The position numbers and the translations under genes were made by a program. Shown one piece after another: positions 8,587 to 19,718 of a stretch of DNA of 64,000 nucleotides. The DNA is taken from contig CBDCXV010000010.1 of NCBI GenBank assembly GCA_965223905.1, positions 992,001 through 1,056,000 on the forward strand, read 5' to 3'. Position 1 is the first letter of the stretch. The number at the start of each line of letters is the position of its first letter. The stretch comes from Candidatus Latescibacterota bacterium. Its GTDB lineage: Bacteria > Latescibacterota > UBA2968 > UBA8231. The notes below the pieces were generated by a model. It did not search any database. It saw only the letters and a list, made by a program, of their open reading frames with translations, and had not been told where the DNA came from.

Positions 8587-10968
8587 CCGGATTTCGGTAA
8601 CCCTCTCGTAGCTTTCAATTCATTTGGGTGTAGCCTCCATCCAATCCGTTTGGAGGTGAAAGATTGAGACTGGTTTCGTGTCAAACTACGCAGGGCGAAA
8701 AAGCGCTGACTTCGCATTCGGGGTTGGCCTTGATCGGCGCCTTGATGGGACGCACGCGCTTGGCAGCGCGGGTTGGTGAAATCACCTTGCCGGAGGGACC
8801 CCAGCCCGACATCCCTCACGGCGACGTGATGACGTCGATGATCGGCTTGCTGGCGCTGGGCAAGCCGGATTTCGAAGCGGCGGAAGCGTTTCGCACCGAT
8901 CCCTTCTTCGCCCGGGCGCTGGGCCTGAATGCGGTGCCGTCGGCGGCCACCCTGCCGGCAGCGGCTCGAATGGCTTGGCCGGACAGGTGGAAAGCGCGAT
9001 TCGAGAGGAGTCGGCCGACCTGGTGGCCCGTCGCGCACGGCCGATCACGCCCTGTTACGAAGTCGCCGACGGGCGCTACGGTCCCTGGATGGCGCTCGAT
9101 ATCGACGTGTCGGTGTTCGACAATTCGGACACCCAGAAACAAGGGGTGTCGTGGACCTACAAGAAGGTCGGCGGCTTTGCCCCGATCTTCGCCTACCTGG
9201 GTCAGGAAGTGTATCTGCTCAACGGCCAGTTGCGCGAAGGCAGCCGGCATTCCCAGGAAGGGACCCCGGACTTTATTCGAGACACGCTGCGGCTGGCGCG
9301 CATGGACAGCGTTCATGACGACATCGCCACCGTACGGCGGTTGCGCCGCACGCCCAAGACCGACTTTATCGTCGAGCGCAACCTGCGCATCGAATCGAAG
9401 CAGACCTGGCTCGAGGAGGCCCTCGAAGAGCGCGGGCAGCGACCCGACGAGCTGGTCGCCGACACCGCCTTCGGCTCCGGCGACAATGCCATCAACGCCG
9501 AACGCCTGGGCACCGAGTTGGTCAGCCCGGTCAAAGGCCCCCAGGTCGACGTCGAGGAGCGGCCCGATACGGTGACCGAGGCCGACTTCCTCGTCGATGC
9601 CCGTCTCCGGGATCCGGCCATCTGCCCGGCCGGATACTTGGCCCGGGAGCAGACGCCGTGTGAAGGCAGGTCCCATCATGTGGCCCTGACCTTCGAGCGC
9701 GCCGGCTGTGAGAGCTGCGCCCTGCTTGCGGTTTGTCCGGTGCGGTTGAACCAGGACGGGGACGGCTACGCCGTGACCGTGGACCTGAAAGCCGTCAACC
9801 TCGAACGCCGCCGCCGCGCCATGGCCAGCGGCGCCTTCCGGGAGCGCTATCGTATTCGCGCCGGCATCGAGGCCACGGTTTCGGAGCTGAAACGAAGACA
9901 CGGGCTGGGCGCCCTGCGCGTGCGCGGGCGTTGGCGCGTGGAGTTGGCCGTCTACCTGAAAGCGCTGGCCTGCAATATCAAGAGAATGGTGCGGGCGCTT
10001 GCGCCCAAATCCGGAGCCTGGAACCCGGCAAGGGGCTGAAAAGGGGCGGGGGACGCATTCGGCGCCGAAAAAAGGCCCTGCAAGCCCCGATTCGGGCTAA
10101 CGCGCCGATAGAGCGCTGAGGCCGCTTCAACGCAGCGCATCCCCGATTCTTTTCATAGTGGTGAAACTTAAGTTTCAAGCAAAATCTCTGTCTGTGAAAG
10201 CGGGGTTTTTACGGGGGAGTCAAGGAAATCTTCACCGGCTCGCGGGTAGAGGAACGAAAGGAAGTCTTCGAACGGATCGTTTCCGAGGTCGTGCTGCGCA
10301 GGATCAGCGCCGAGGGGCAGGCGCTGCGTGATCCCCGAGATCGAGTACGGACCTGGTGGACGAACCTGGGCAGCGCCCCCCGAGGACGTGATCCGCCTCT
10401 ACCGCGAGCACAGCACCTGCGAGAAATTCCACTCCGAGTTGAAGACGGACATGGATCTGGAACGCCTGCCCTCGGTCAAGTTCGCCACCAATGCCCCGGT
10501 GCTGCTGCTGGGCATGATGGCCTACAACGGCCTGCGCCTGTGCGACCAGGCGAGCCTGCCCCAAGAGCGCCATCTGCCCCCCCGAAATGGTGGCTCTTCG
10601 TAAAAGGCCGGCCGTCCGCCGTCTCCGCACCGTCATTCTGGATCTCATGTACCAAGTCGCCCGCTGGGTCCGCCATGAGCGCGGTTTCGGGCTGAGCTTC
10701 GGGTATTTCAACCCCTGGTTCGATGTCTGGAGGCGGACCTACCTTTGGGTGTGTGCATATGAAGGGAGCGATCTCACCGGCGCCCTCGAATTTCGTGCCT
10801 GCGTAGGGATCGGTATGCCTGCTGTGACAATTCCTGCCAACCTGAAGAGGGCGGAAGTTTCAACGGTGACGGCCTCTTGGAAACGCCCCGAATCATGGGT
10901 TGACAAATACAGGATTAGCATAAATATCAAACTTGACCATTTGCTATAGGAACGTTAACGGACTCAGG
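8587..10968 (+). mobile_element. IS1380-family element, frameshifted and interrupted by an IS1182-like fragment
   Basis: IRs CCGGATTTCGGTAAC (8587) and rc CCTGAGTCCGTTAAC (10968); LTSHSGLALIG, LDIDVSVFDNS..KQGVSWTYKK, LYREHSTCEKFHSELKTDMDLERLPS, RRLRTVILDLMY. Confidence 0.8.
9421..10221 (+). mobile_element. 3' half of an IS1182/IS5-like element
   Basis: ELVADTAFGSGDN, CPAG..C..CALLAVC, YRIRAGIEATVSELKRRHGL, ACNIKR; end-like sequence GGGTTTTTACGGGGGAGTC near 10203-10221; left junction approximate. Confidence 0.65.
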
Positions 10969-10974
10969 CGTTAA

Positions 10975-11901
10975 GTCACCCTGCAGTTGTAGTTTGAGCA
11001 TATAAAGAAATACCCTGCAGGTTTTCGGGTTCGTTGGTATCTTGGGATTGGTTGTGTGTTGCAGATTTCTCTAGATTCTGGCGACCCCATGAAAAGAAAC
11101 CCATCAGGCTCCGATATCCGACAGCGACTTGCGCAAGCGCATTGTCCAGCTTGAGCAGATCGTGGAACAACAGGAGGCGCGCATCGTCGAGCTGAACCAG
11201 GAATTTGCCCGCCGCAAGGGAGAGCAAGCGCAACATCCAGGCGCTGTTTTCCCACGCCTTCGGCCTCGAGGTGTCGCTGGTGCCGTAAGCCGACTGGAAC
11301 AGGAGGTGGCCGCGGCCCTGGCGGGTCCGGGCGAGGAGGCGCGCGCCTTCGTTCGCCGACGGGCCCATAGTCAACGTCGACAAGACCGCTGTCGGCAGCG
11401 CCGCGCCAGGGCCTGTTTGTGGACCGCGGTGACGGAGGGCCTCTCGGTGTTCGCCATTCGAAAAATCCGGGGACGGGGTCGATGAGGTGCTGGGTGCGGA
11501 TAACCGGGCGGTGGTCGGCTCCGATCACTATTCGGCCTACGGGCATCTGCCGCTTCGACGCCGGCAAGTGTGCTGGGCTCATCTGGGGCGCACCTTCCAG
11601 GTCTACGTCAGCGGCTTGCGTTGGCGGTTTCATAATTACTTGGGGAATGGGCATCAGTTCGACGACGCCCGCACGGTGGCCACCTGCGCTAACCTCCTCG
11701 ACCTCGGGCCGGCCTTGCGGACCTTCGTGCGCAGAGAAGGCGTCGAGCCGACCAACAACGACCCCGAACGAGCCCTTCGTCATCGGGTGTTGTGGCGTCA
11801 CACCAAGCTTCGGCACCCACAGTGCCCAAGGCAGGCGCTTCCTAGAGCGCTGCTCACGGTGCGCGATACCCTGCGCCAGCAACAGCGGAACTTCCTCACC
11901 T
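10975..11901 (+). mobile_element. IS66-family element, 5' part (pseudogene)
   Basis: IR GTCACCCTGCAG; SDHYSAYGHL..RQVCWAHL and VEPTNNDPERALRHRVLWR motifs; several frameshifts. Confidence 0.75.
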
Positions 11902-12079
11902 CAGTAGTGTCCCGTTGTTGTCTGAAGATTTTTCCGTAAAGCATTAATTTCGTTGATGTTACAGCATTTTGTGAGTTGAATCGACCTGAAATCGTCTCGT
12001 TATTTGGGCCCTCCCCTTGCCCGCCTTTCGACAATGCGTTCAGCGGTACCGGGGCCATTACAAGGTGCAACGGTTCTCC
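11902..12079 (+). mobile_element. IS4-family (DUF4372-type) left end and N-terminal fragment
   Basis: IR CAGTAGTGTCCCGT; LPLPAFRQCVQRYRGHYKVQRFSC; preceded by target site TCCTCACCT (11893-11901). Confidence 0.75.
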
Positions 12080-12396
12080 TGTACAGAATAGTCCGGCAAC
12101 ATGGTGTACAGTTTCCGGCGAGCGGCTTTACCCAAAGCGTCGGTGATGGTGAGCTGTCGTTCGTCCATGCGACCCCGTCTAAGGGGACCGAACCACACCT
12201 CCCAGACTCCGTCGTCAATGGGTTCCAAGCCGATGGGTTGTTGACGCAAGGCGTTACTGACGGCTACTCGATGGGTCTTCCATCGGATGCCTCCGTTAGT
12301 ACTGACCCGCCGAACTTCCCAGTGCGCAGGGTAGTTGGAGTTGACCCGATTTCGTGGACACTTCATTTCTTGGAGAAAGAAAGGAGATGTCCGACC

Positions 12397-12711
12397 ATGC
12401 CCAAATCACATGGCCCGTATCCGCCGGAATTCCGACAACAGATGGTGGAGCTCGTACGGGCGGGTCGTAGCCCGGAGGCGCTGGCCAAGGAATTCGAGCC
12501 GTCCGGGCAGACGATCCGCAACTGGGTGATCCAGGCCGAACGCGATGAGGGGGTGCGCCGCGACGGGCCGAGCCGCCCGGAGCAGGAGGAGCTGCGGCGG
12601 CTCCGCCGTGAGAACAAGCAACTGCGTATCGAACGGGGGATCCTGGCAAAAGCCACGGCCTGGTTCGCTCGCGAGGCCGAGTCGGGGTCCGGCCCGTCTA
12701 CGAGTTCATGA
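12397..12711 (+). CDS. IS3 transposase OrfA (HTH plus leucine zipper)
   Basis: MPKSHGPYPPEFRQQMVELVRAG..TIRNWV..ELRRLRRENKQLRIER. Confidence 0.9.
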   Translation: MPKSHGPYPPEFRQQMVELVRAGRSPEALAKEFEPSGQTIRNWVIQAERDEGVRRDGPSRPEQEELRRLRRENKQLRIERGILAKATAWFAREAESGSGPSTSS

Positions 12712-13592
12712 GAGCGCACCAGGCCGACTTTCCGGTGTTCACGATGTGCCGCGTGCTGAAGGTGTCCCCCAGCGGCTACTACGCCTGGTTGAAGCGCCCG
12801 CCGTCGGGTCGCACTCGGGCCGATGCGGTGCTCAAGGCGCGCGTCGAGCAGATCCACCAACGCTCCCGAGGCACTTACGGGGCGCCGAGGATCCGGGCCG
12901 AACTGGCCGAGGAGGGGCGCGGCGTCAGTCGCAAGCGCATCGCCCGATTGATGCTCGAGCTCGGCGTGCGTGGGGTATGCGGGCGGCGCCGGATCTCCAC
13001 GACCCGCCGCAGCCGGCAGGGCCGGGTCGCCTCCGACCTGGTCAACCGGGTGTTTTCGGCCTCGGGCCCGAATCTGCTGTGGGTTGCCGACATCACCTAC
13101 CTGCCCACCGCTTCGGGTTTTTTGTATCTGAGCGTGGTGGTCGACGCCTGGAGCCGCCGGGTGGTGGGCTGGGCCATGGCGAGCCATCTGCGTACGCAGC
13201 TGGTGCTCGACGCCCTTGACATGGCCCTGTACCGGCGTCGCCCCCACTCGGTAATCCACCACTCCGATCACGGCAGTCAGTATACGGCCCTGGCCTTCGG
13301 GCAACGCTGTCGCCAGGCCGGGGTGCGCCCGTCGATGGGATCGGTCGGTGACTGCTACGACAATGCCCTGTGCGAAAGCTTTTTCGCCACGCTGGAAAGG
13401 GAGTTGTTGGATCGTCATCGGTTTGCTACTCATGCCGAGGCCCGGCTAGCTGTTTTCGAGTACCTGGAAGGCGGGTACAATCGCCAGCGGCGGCATTCCG
13501 CCCTGGGACAACGGTCTCCCGTCAACTACGAGAGATATCACCAATCAGAGAGTGTAGATCCAAACGCAAAACTGTCCGTGAAATCGGGGTAA
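12708..13592 (+). CDS. IS3 transposase OrfB (DDE integrase core)
   Basis: WVADITY, HHSDHGSQY, DNALCESFF; ATGA overlap with OrfA. Confidence 0.92.
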   Translation: MRAHQADFPVFTMCRVLKVSPSGYYAWLKRPPSGRTRADAVLKARVEQIHQRSRGTYGAPRIRAELAEEGRGVSRKRIARLMLELGVRGVCGRRRISTTRRSRQGRVASDLVNRVFSASGPNLLWVADITYLPTASGFLYLSVVVDAWSRRVVGWAMASHLRTQLVLDALDMALYRRRPHSVIHHSDHGSQYTALAFGQRCRQAGVRPSMGSVGDCYDNALCESFFATLERELLDRHRFATHAEARLAVFEYLEGGYNRQRRHSALGQRSPVNYERYHQSESVDPNAKLSVKSG

Positions 13593-14639
13593 GCCCAAGT
13601 GTAGGGGCGGCAGCTTTCTGGGAAAAGGACGTGGCGAAGGCTGGTAGAACTCGACCGGAGGTCTTTGTCCCAAGGCCTCGTGGGGTCGTTCCTGGTTGTA
13701 TTCGTGACGGAAGCGGGTAAAGCGGTATTGCTGTCCGAAGCGGGACGCGGCGGGGGGAATCGTCGCCTCCCGCTTGAGCGTGCCATGCATGCGTTCGTGG
13801 CGCCCATTCTGCTGCGGGCAGCCGGGCTGGATGCGCTCGGGCAAGATGCCGAGCCGGATCCACCAGACCGACAGTTGGGAGAGCCGTCCCAGCGCCTGGG
13901 AGGAGGCGAAGGGGGCGCCGTTGTCGGTGCGGAGGATGCGGGGCAGGCCGTAGGTGCGGAAGAGCCGGTGGAAGACCGGCCGGCTCAGTTGCCCCTGGGG
14001 CGCGTCGAGGGCTTGGCACCCCAGCAGGAAGCGGCTGTAGCCGTCGCGACGGTCAGCGGGTAGCAGTAGCGGCCATCCAGGGTCTTGAACTGCCCCTTGA
14101 AGTCGGCGGTCCAGACGTGATTGGGCGCGCTCAGGGGGGTCTGGGGTGGCCCCGCAGAGCCCGGCCGGCGCCGCGTCCGCGGCGTCGGCACCAGGCCATG
14201 GCGTTTGAGGATGTCGCAGACGGTGTGCGTGCCGGCCAGGGGCGATGCGGCTGCGATCGCCAGAGGAGAGCCAGCAGCTTCTTGGCCCCCCACGTCGGGT
14301 GTGTGCGGCGCGCCCGAGAATCGCCTCTACGAGGTCGGAAGACGTAGCGTGCGGGCAACGGACCGGTCTACGCGACTGCGCCATCAAGCCGGCAGCGCCT
14401 GTGTCGACATACCGCTGCACCCACTTGTAGCCGGTGGGACGGCTGATGCCGTAGCGACGGCACAGCTCGGAAAAGGGGAAGTAGTCCTCGAGGTAATCGG
14501 CGATGAAATGCATTCGTTGGTCCATGGCTGAGGTTTCGTTCCAGGGCATGTGAGCACCTCCTTGAGGTGCCCAAAGGTGGGCGAAACTGTAAACCATGTA
14601 CCTGGACTGATCTGTAAAACCATGTACCTGGACCGTACC

Positions 14640-14745
14640 CTCGCTGAGCGAATCGGCCTAAGGAGCAGCAGATACAGCGTTACGAGGCCACCGACAACGC
14701 TTCGGCCAGTCTGTCCCGGATCAGAGAGGTCGATAGTGGGTTGAG
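14640..14745 (+). pseudogene. XRE-type HTH regulator fragment truncated by IS481
   Basis: LAERIGL then frameshift to KEQQIQRYEATDNASASLSRIREV. Confidence 0.5.
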
Positions 14746-15068
14746 CGCGGAGACCGTCCAGCAGGACAAGGATTAGAGTGTCAGGGCCCTGCCGACCCAC
14801 CTCGAGGCCGTGCAAACGGTGATCCGCGACGCAAGGCTCTAAAATGTACAGGGCCCAGAAATTGGGAAAGCTCGATCTGGGACCCAAGCGACCTCAGCAC
14901 GCTATTCCGCCCTTACCTGGGAGGTGCCACTAGGAGGCAAACGCAGGCGGTCATCGCGGACACTGTGTTGTTTTTTCGATTAGGTTAGTTAGGATACAAT
15001 CGCATGTTTTCCTCAGATCAAGGACATTTCCGCGATATGGAAATGCATGCATCAAGGCAGGAAGGAAT

Positions 15069-15330
15069 GTGTGGAGGAGCATTGGCTTCGTTCATTTATC
15101 GGACATTCACTTCGGGCAAGAAAGGGGCGGAAGGATCCGAATCCACCAGGACGTCAAGGACCGTCTTATCGAGGAGTGAGATGAGTTGTAAAAACTTTGG
15201 AGTCCGGCCATTCCGCAGGCATCATTTTTACAGGTGACATCGCATTTGGAGGACGTGAATGCGAATCCAGGGCAGCGGCTGATTGGCTCGACAAGGTTGC
15301 AGACGCAGCCGGTTGTTCTATACAGTACTC
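15069..15330 (+). pseudogene. Calcineurin-like metallophosphoesterase N-terminal relic
   Basis: FVHLSDIHFGQE (motif I), then after a stop and frameshift IIFTGDIAFGG (motif II); no GNHD motif follows. Confidence 0.6.
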
Positions 15331-15648
15331 TTCTCGAATTCGATCTGGCGCGGGTGATCTGTCGTCAGGAGGAAGATCCGCTCGCAGTCCCTGGCAGCAT
15401 CGGCGGGCGAAGCAGGCTGCGAAAAGTCGCCCACAACGAGTTCAGATCGAGGTCGGTGAACAGGCGGCGCGCACGTTCGACATTGCGAACCATCACCCGA
15501 ACGGGGAAACGGCCACGGCGGTCAGCGAGAATGGAAGCAGGTAGCGGCCCCCAGTGCCTGTGGCGTCGGTGACAAGTACGGTTGCACTCATTTATCACAA
15601 GATAGCGGCCTCGGCGTGGTCAACTCACACCGGCTGGCCCGATGACAC

Positions 15649-17691
15649 CTACTCTAAGATACTGCCGATCTCGAACTGGATGCGCTCTTCAATCTCTCCC
15701 CTGCGCTTCTGCCTATGGTACGTGGCGAGGGCTCTCCTCGCCTCATCTTCCCGGCCCAGCTCGCCGTACAATTTGCTGAGGAACAGGTGCACGCGCGGCC
15801 CGATCAACTCGATTTCGCGCAGCGGCTCGACGTAGGCGAGCGCCTCCTCGTGTCGGCCCATGCGGTACAAAACGGCTCCCAGCTGCCACCTGACGGGATC
15901 TGATTCCGTATCCATGGCGATGGCCTCTCGCAGTAAATCCTCCGCATCGTCGAGCCGACCCTGTTCCTTCAGAATCCGGGCCAGCCGCCACCTCGACTCT
16001 ACGTACCACGTCGAGTCAGTCAGGAGCAGTTCGTATTCCTCCTGGGCAGCATCGTCCAGTCCCTGGATATCGTACATCTGCGCCAGTTGGAACCGCACGC
16101 TGCTGTTGCGGGGTTGCATCTGCAGAGCCTGCCGGTAGGCGTCTATGGCGCCCCGCACGTCACCCGAGAAAAAGCGCGCTTCTCCCAGTCGGGTCAGCAA
16201 ATCCCTTCGCTCATCCTCTTCCTCGCCACCTGCCGCGAGCAGCTGTTCATAGGTCCTGGCCGCCGCTCGCGGTCGCTCCGCCCGCATGAAGTGATGGGCG
16301 AGCGCCCTGTGCGCGGAGCGCAGATCCGGTTCCCGAGATGTGAGTCTCTGTAATAGTCCAATGGATTTCTCGTAGTTCTCCACCTGCTCGTAAAGCGATA
16401 CTAGGGTGAAGTACGTCTCGTTAGATGCCGGTCCCGACTCGACGGCGCGCTCGTATTCGCGAATTGCGTTGGCCCTCATGCCCAAGTTCTGGTAGCCTTT
16501 TCCCAGTACGCGGTGGTGCCGGACTACCGCTTGCGCCCCCAACTCCTTCGCATCCCAGTTGACGACTGCCAGCAGTACGGCGATGAGGCACCCCACAGCC
16601 ACTCCCTGCCTGTCGAACCGCAGTCGAGTGAGTGCGCTCAGACTGACTGCCGCGAACAGGAGCAGCATCGCCACGGCAGGCAGACGTGAGTTTCCGGACA
16701 CCCCGATCCACAGAGCTCCCGCCATCCAGCTCGCGACGAACAGGAGAAGCAGGGTGACCGGTTGACCGCGCTGGGACGAGCGCAGGGTGATGATTACTCC
16801 CAGCACTGCCAGTGGAGCTACGATGCCGAAGGGAAAGGCCACGCCTCGAACCCACATCGACACTGCCAACAACGCGGAACTGCCGCGCGCCTGATACGGA
16901 TCGAGCGTCTCCGTGAACTCAGTACCGTGCCAGAAGCGATAGAATCGGTGGCTGAGCTCCGTGAGGGGCGAGACGCCCTCCGATCCGACCCACGGTGACG
17001 GCATCAGGGCCTGCCAACCCACCCCGGCCGCTGCTGCCAGGAGCACGACACCGCAGCCCACGCCCATCAACCGTGCACCGTGCCCCGCTCCTTTGCCTTT
17101 GTTCATCCACATCCACGCGATAGCGACTACCGCGAAGACCCAATTGCGAGTATCCGCCGCGATCGCCAACCCGAGGACTAACCCGGCCAACCCGAATCGC
17201 ACCCAGTCCTTTCCAACAGCGGCGGCGTTCTTAACGCCGTCGTTGACGCCCGACAGGAGCCACAGGGCGAGCATTCCCAGAAAGACGGTCAGGGCGGCTG
17301 GCAGCAACTCCGTGTCGAAGTAAATGAACGGGCCGTACAGAGCCGCAGCGAATGCCGCGATGATTGCGACTCGGTTGGAGAATACAGTTCGGCCTATATG
17401 CCAGATCAGGACACAGCTGGCGGCGCCCAGCAAGGCCTGCACGAGTCGGGCTGCGGTGTGGCCGTCGCTGAAAAGCTTGAATAAGCCGGCCAGAAGCAGC
17501 GGGTACAATACTGAATCCCCGCTCGCTGCCATTCCCACCGGCCCAGGCGACCCTCCGAATTCGACGACCTGACTCGCATAGCCCCCGCTCGCCAGCATCT
17601 CCGCTTCCACGCCTGGTCCCCTGCTCGTCTGCCAGATGTGGACCAGGCGGGTCCCCAGGGCCAGTAGGCCGAATCCGAGTCCCCACCTCAT
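15649..17691 (-). CDS. GT-C (PMT/GT39-like) membrane glycosyltransferase fused to TPR repeats
   Basis: LYPLLLAGLF..RLVQALLGAASCVLIWHIGR..ALYGPFIYF multi-TM region; C-terminal TPR helices (LGEARFFSGDVRGAIDAYRQALQMQP); ATG 17691 after GGAAGG. Confidence 0.8.
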   Translation of the reverse strand: MRWGLGFGLLALGTRLVHIWQTSRGPGVEAEMLASGGYASQVVEFGGSPGPVGMAASGDSVLYPLLLAGLFKLFSDGHTAARLVQALLGAASCVLIWHIGRTVFSNRVAIIAAFAAALYGPFIYFDTELLPAALTVFLGMLALWLLSGVNDGVKNAAAVGKDWVRFGLAGLVLGLAIAADTRNWVFAVVAIAWMWMNKGKGAGHGARLMGVGCGVVLLAAAAGVGWQALMPSPWVGSEGVSPLTELSHRFYRFWHGTEFTETLDPYQARGSSALLAVSMWVRGVAFPFGIVAPLAVLGVIITLRSSQRGQPVTLLLLFVASWMAGALWIGVSGNSRLPAVAMLLLFAAVSLSALTRLRFDRQGVAVGCLIAVLLAVVNWDAKELGAQAVVRHHRVLGKGYQNLGMRANAIREYERAVESGPASNETYFTLVSLYEQVENYEKSIGLLQRLTSREPDLRSAHRALAHHFMRAERPRAAARTYEQLLAAGGEEEDERRDLLTRLGEARFFSGDVRGAIDAYRQALQMQPRNSSVRFQLAQMYDIQGLDDAAQEEYELLLTDSTWYVESRWRLARILKEQGRLDDAEDLLREAIAMDTESDPVRWQLGAVLYRMGRHEEALAYVEPLREIELIGPRVHLFLSKLYGELGREDEARRALATYHRQKRRGEIEERIQFEIGSILE

Positions 17692-17743
17692 TCTCTGCCT
17701 TCCGATGCCCGGGATTGGCCGCCACCAGCGAATTAAAATTTCA

Positions 17744-19182
17744 GGCTCGTCAGTAGAATTGGTGGGTGAATTGTGGCTCGGGTAAATCGCCAAGCTGATG
17801 AAATGAAGCGATTTGGAGTGCCTTGAAGGTGCGGAATCCGAATGCTTTTCTCACCGTCAGATTCCATTTCAGGTTCAAGCCCTCGACCATGCCGTTGTTG
17901 CTGCTTCCTGGCCCTGAACCAATTGAGGATGAGCTCTTGATGACGCCGCAGCATCCTGGCGATGTCTTTCATCGGTTCGATGTTGCTTCTCATCGTACGG
18001 ACAACACCAGCGCTGGAGAAACTTCTCTGCCCACGCGGGGTAGGTGTAGTTCCAGAAGCGCTGGAAGTCCTCCTTGAGCAGGTAGGCTTTGACCGTCCGC
18101 AGGTTCATCTTCAATAGCTCGGACAGCTTCAAGCCCTGGGGGTCGCTGAGGTTCTCCTTGCGCTTCAGGAAGCACCAGCGGCTCTTGCTCAGGACCGGAT
18201 CCTGGCCCTGTTCTTTGAGTCTGCGGGCCTCTTCGGCACGGACGTTGTCGAGAGCCTTGCTGAAGTGCTGCATGATGTGAAAGCGGTCGAGAATAGGTAC
18301 CGCGCTGGGGAGCCGCTTGCTGATAACGTTGAGGTAGGCTTTCCAGATATCAGAGCAGATGACGGTAATCTGGTCGAGGAAACGGGTCGGCTCCTGCTCG
18401 CCGGCCGCTTCCTGCTTGCGCCGGTGCTCTTGCTCCCGTTCGGTAAAGCCGTCGTTCAAGGCCTTCTTCGTCCGCTTCTCGCCCATCCACAACAGGCGGC
18501 GGCGGTGGGGGTCGATCTGATACAGCAACGTCAGATAATGATGCCCCTTACGATACTGGATTTCATCCACGCCGAGGGCCGTGACCTGGTCGAGGCGGCG
18601 ATGAGCGAGCCCATAGTCCACCACATACTGGACGGAGTGGTACCTTGTCCCAACGGGTCCGGAAGGAACGCGCCACCTCGAGCCACGACAGCTTTTTGGC
18701 CCACTGGGCCAGGAAGCAGCGGTAGAGGTCGGTCAGGTGGTGCTTGCCCGTGCTCCAGGGGACCTTCTCGACGACCACCCGGCCGCAGGCTTTGCAGGCA
18801 ACCCGGCGCATGCCATACACCAGAAAGACCGGGAAACCCCAGAGGGGAACAAACTCGAACAGCCGGGCTTCGGTGGCCGTGTCATAGGTGGGGGCCAAGT
18901 GACCGCAGCCGCGGCACGCGCCCCGGGAATTTTTCCGTGGTCTGATCCGCACCATCACCCTTCCGTGCCGGTCAAAATGACTGCCCTCAAACACAAACCG
19001 CTTGAACGTCGTGCACCGGTTGAGTACCGTGATCAGGCGCATCATTCCCTCCACAGGTAGTTGGGATCGGTCTTGGTGGACTGTCCCAACATACCGGGGA
19101 TGATGCGCCTGTGCTACCTTGGCCTCCTCTATGCCCATCGCCGCAGCGTCCCCTCCTCACCCACAGATTCTCCAGAGGAGCC
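17744..19182 (-). mobile_element. ISL3-family element (1439 bp) with perfect 8-bp target duplication; transposase frameshifted
   Basis: GGCTC...GAGCC ends; AAATTTCA at 17736-17743 and 19183-19190; CxxC zinc finger, GVDEI, CSDIWKAY, LDRFHI, AYLLKEDF; at least 3 frameshifts. Confidence 0.92.
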
Positions 19183-19430
19183 AAATTTCAGCATTAGAGG
19201 AGTCGTTACGGAGATAATATTACCCTCCCAACAGTGAGGCAAGGTCGCTTACCCCGAACGGCGACCGCAGCTGGTGGGACAAGCGCTTCATGCGCGAAGA
19301 ATCGAATTAACAGGGCGACAGGAGTTCAAACCAAGATGAGCTTTCTTGTTACAATGGATCCGGTCTAATTGGATGCCGAGATCTTCCCACACCTGCCCCC
19401 AAACCGGGTCGGGGAGGCGGAAGGCGCTAT

Positions 19431-19560
19431 ATGAATGAGGTCCTGGAGGATGGCTTCGGTAACCGGGCGTCTGCCGATATGCTCGGGCGCTTCGAACTGG
19501 CGTTCGCGGACAAGTTCGGCGTGCCATTCGCCAGCTCACGCAGCTCGGGCTCCGAGACGA
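19431..19560 (+). pseudogene. DegT/DnrJ-like aminotransferase N-terminal fragment
   Basis: EVLEDGF..MLGRFELAFADKFGVPFA..SSGS resembles the family N-terminus; the remainder is absent. Confidence 0.4.
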
Positions 19561-19718
19561 TGTTGTCCTGTCTCCTAGCGATCCGCACAATGGTGACGGA
19601 GATCTTTTGCAAGAACAGAAAGTACCTGCCACAGTTCAAGGTGTGAGGTGTGAGTGACCGCAGCGACAATCTCCGCGACGTTGTCGTTGCTATTGGACAG
19701 CGGCTGCGTAGCACCATA

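Larger units (their letters stand above)
12336..13597 (+). mobile_element. Apparently intact IS3-family element (1262 bp) with 3-bp target duplication AGT
   Basis: TG...CA ends with IRs TGGAGTTGACCCGATTTCGTGGACA and TGTCCGTGAAATCGGGGTAAGCCCA; AGT at 12333-12335 and 13598-13600; the empty site is visible in IS481 copy B. Confidence 0.93.
12080..14640 (-). mobile_element. IS481-family element copy A, interrupted by IS3
   Basis: MPWNETSAM..GISRPTGYKWV, RTDNGAPF, QNGRHERMH; internal repeat ACCATGTACCTGGAC x2 at 14593-14633; near-identical inverted copy at 21062-22328. Confidence 0.9.
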
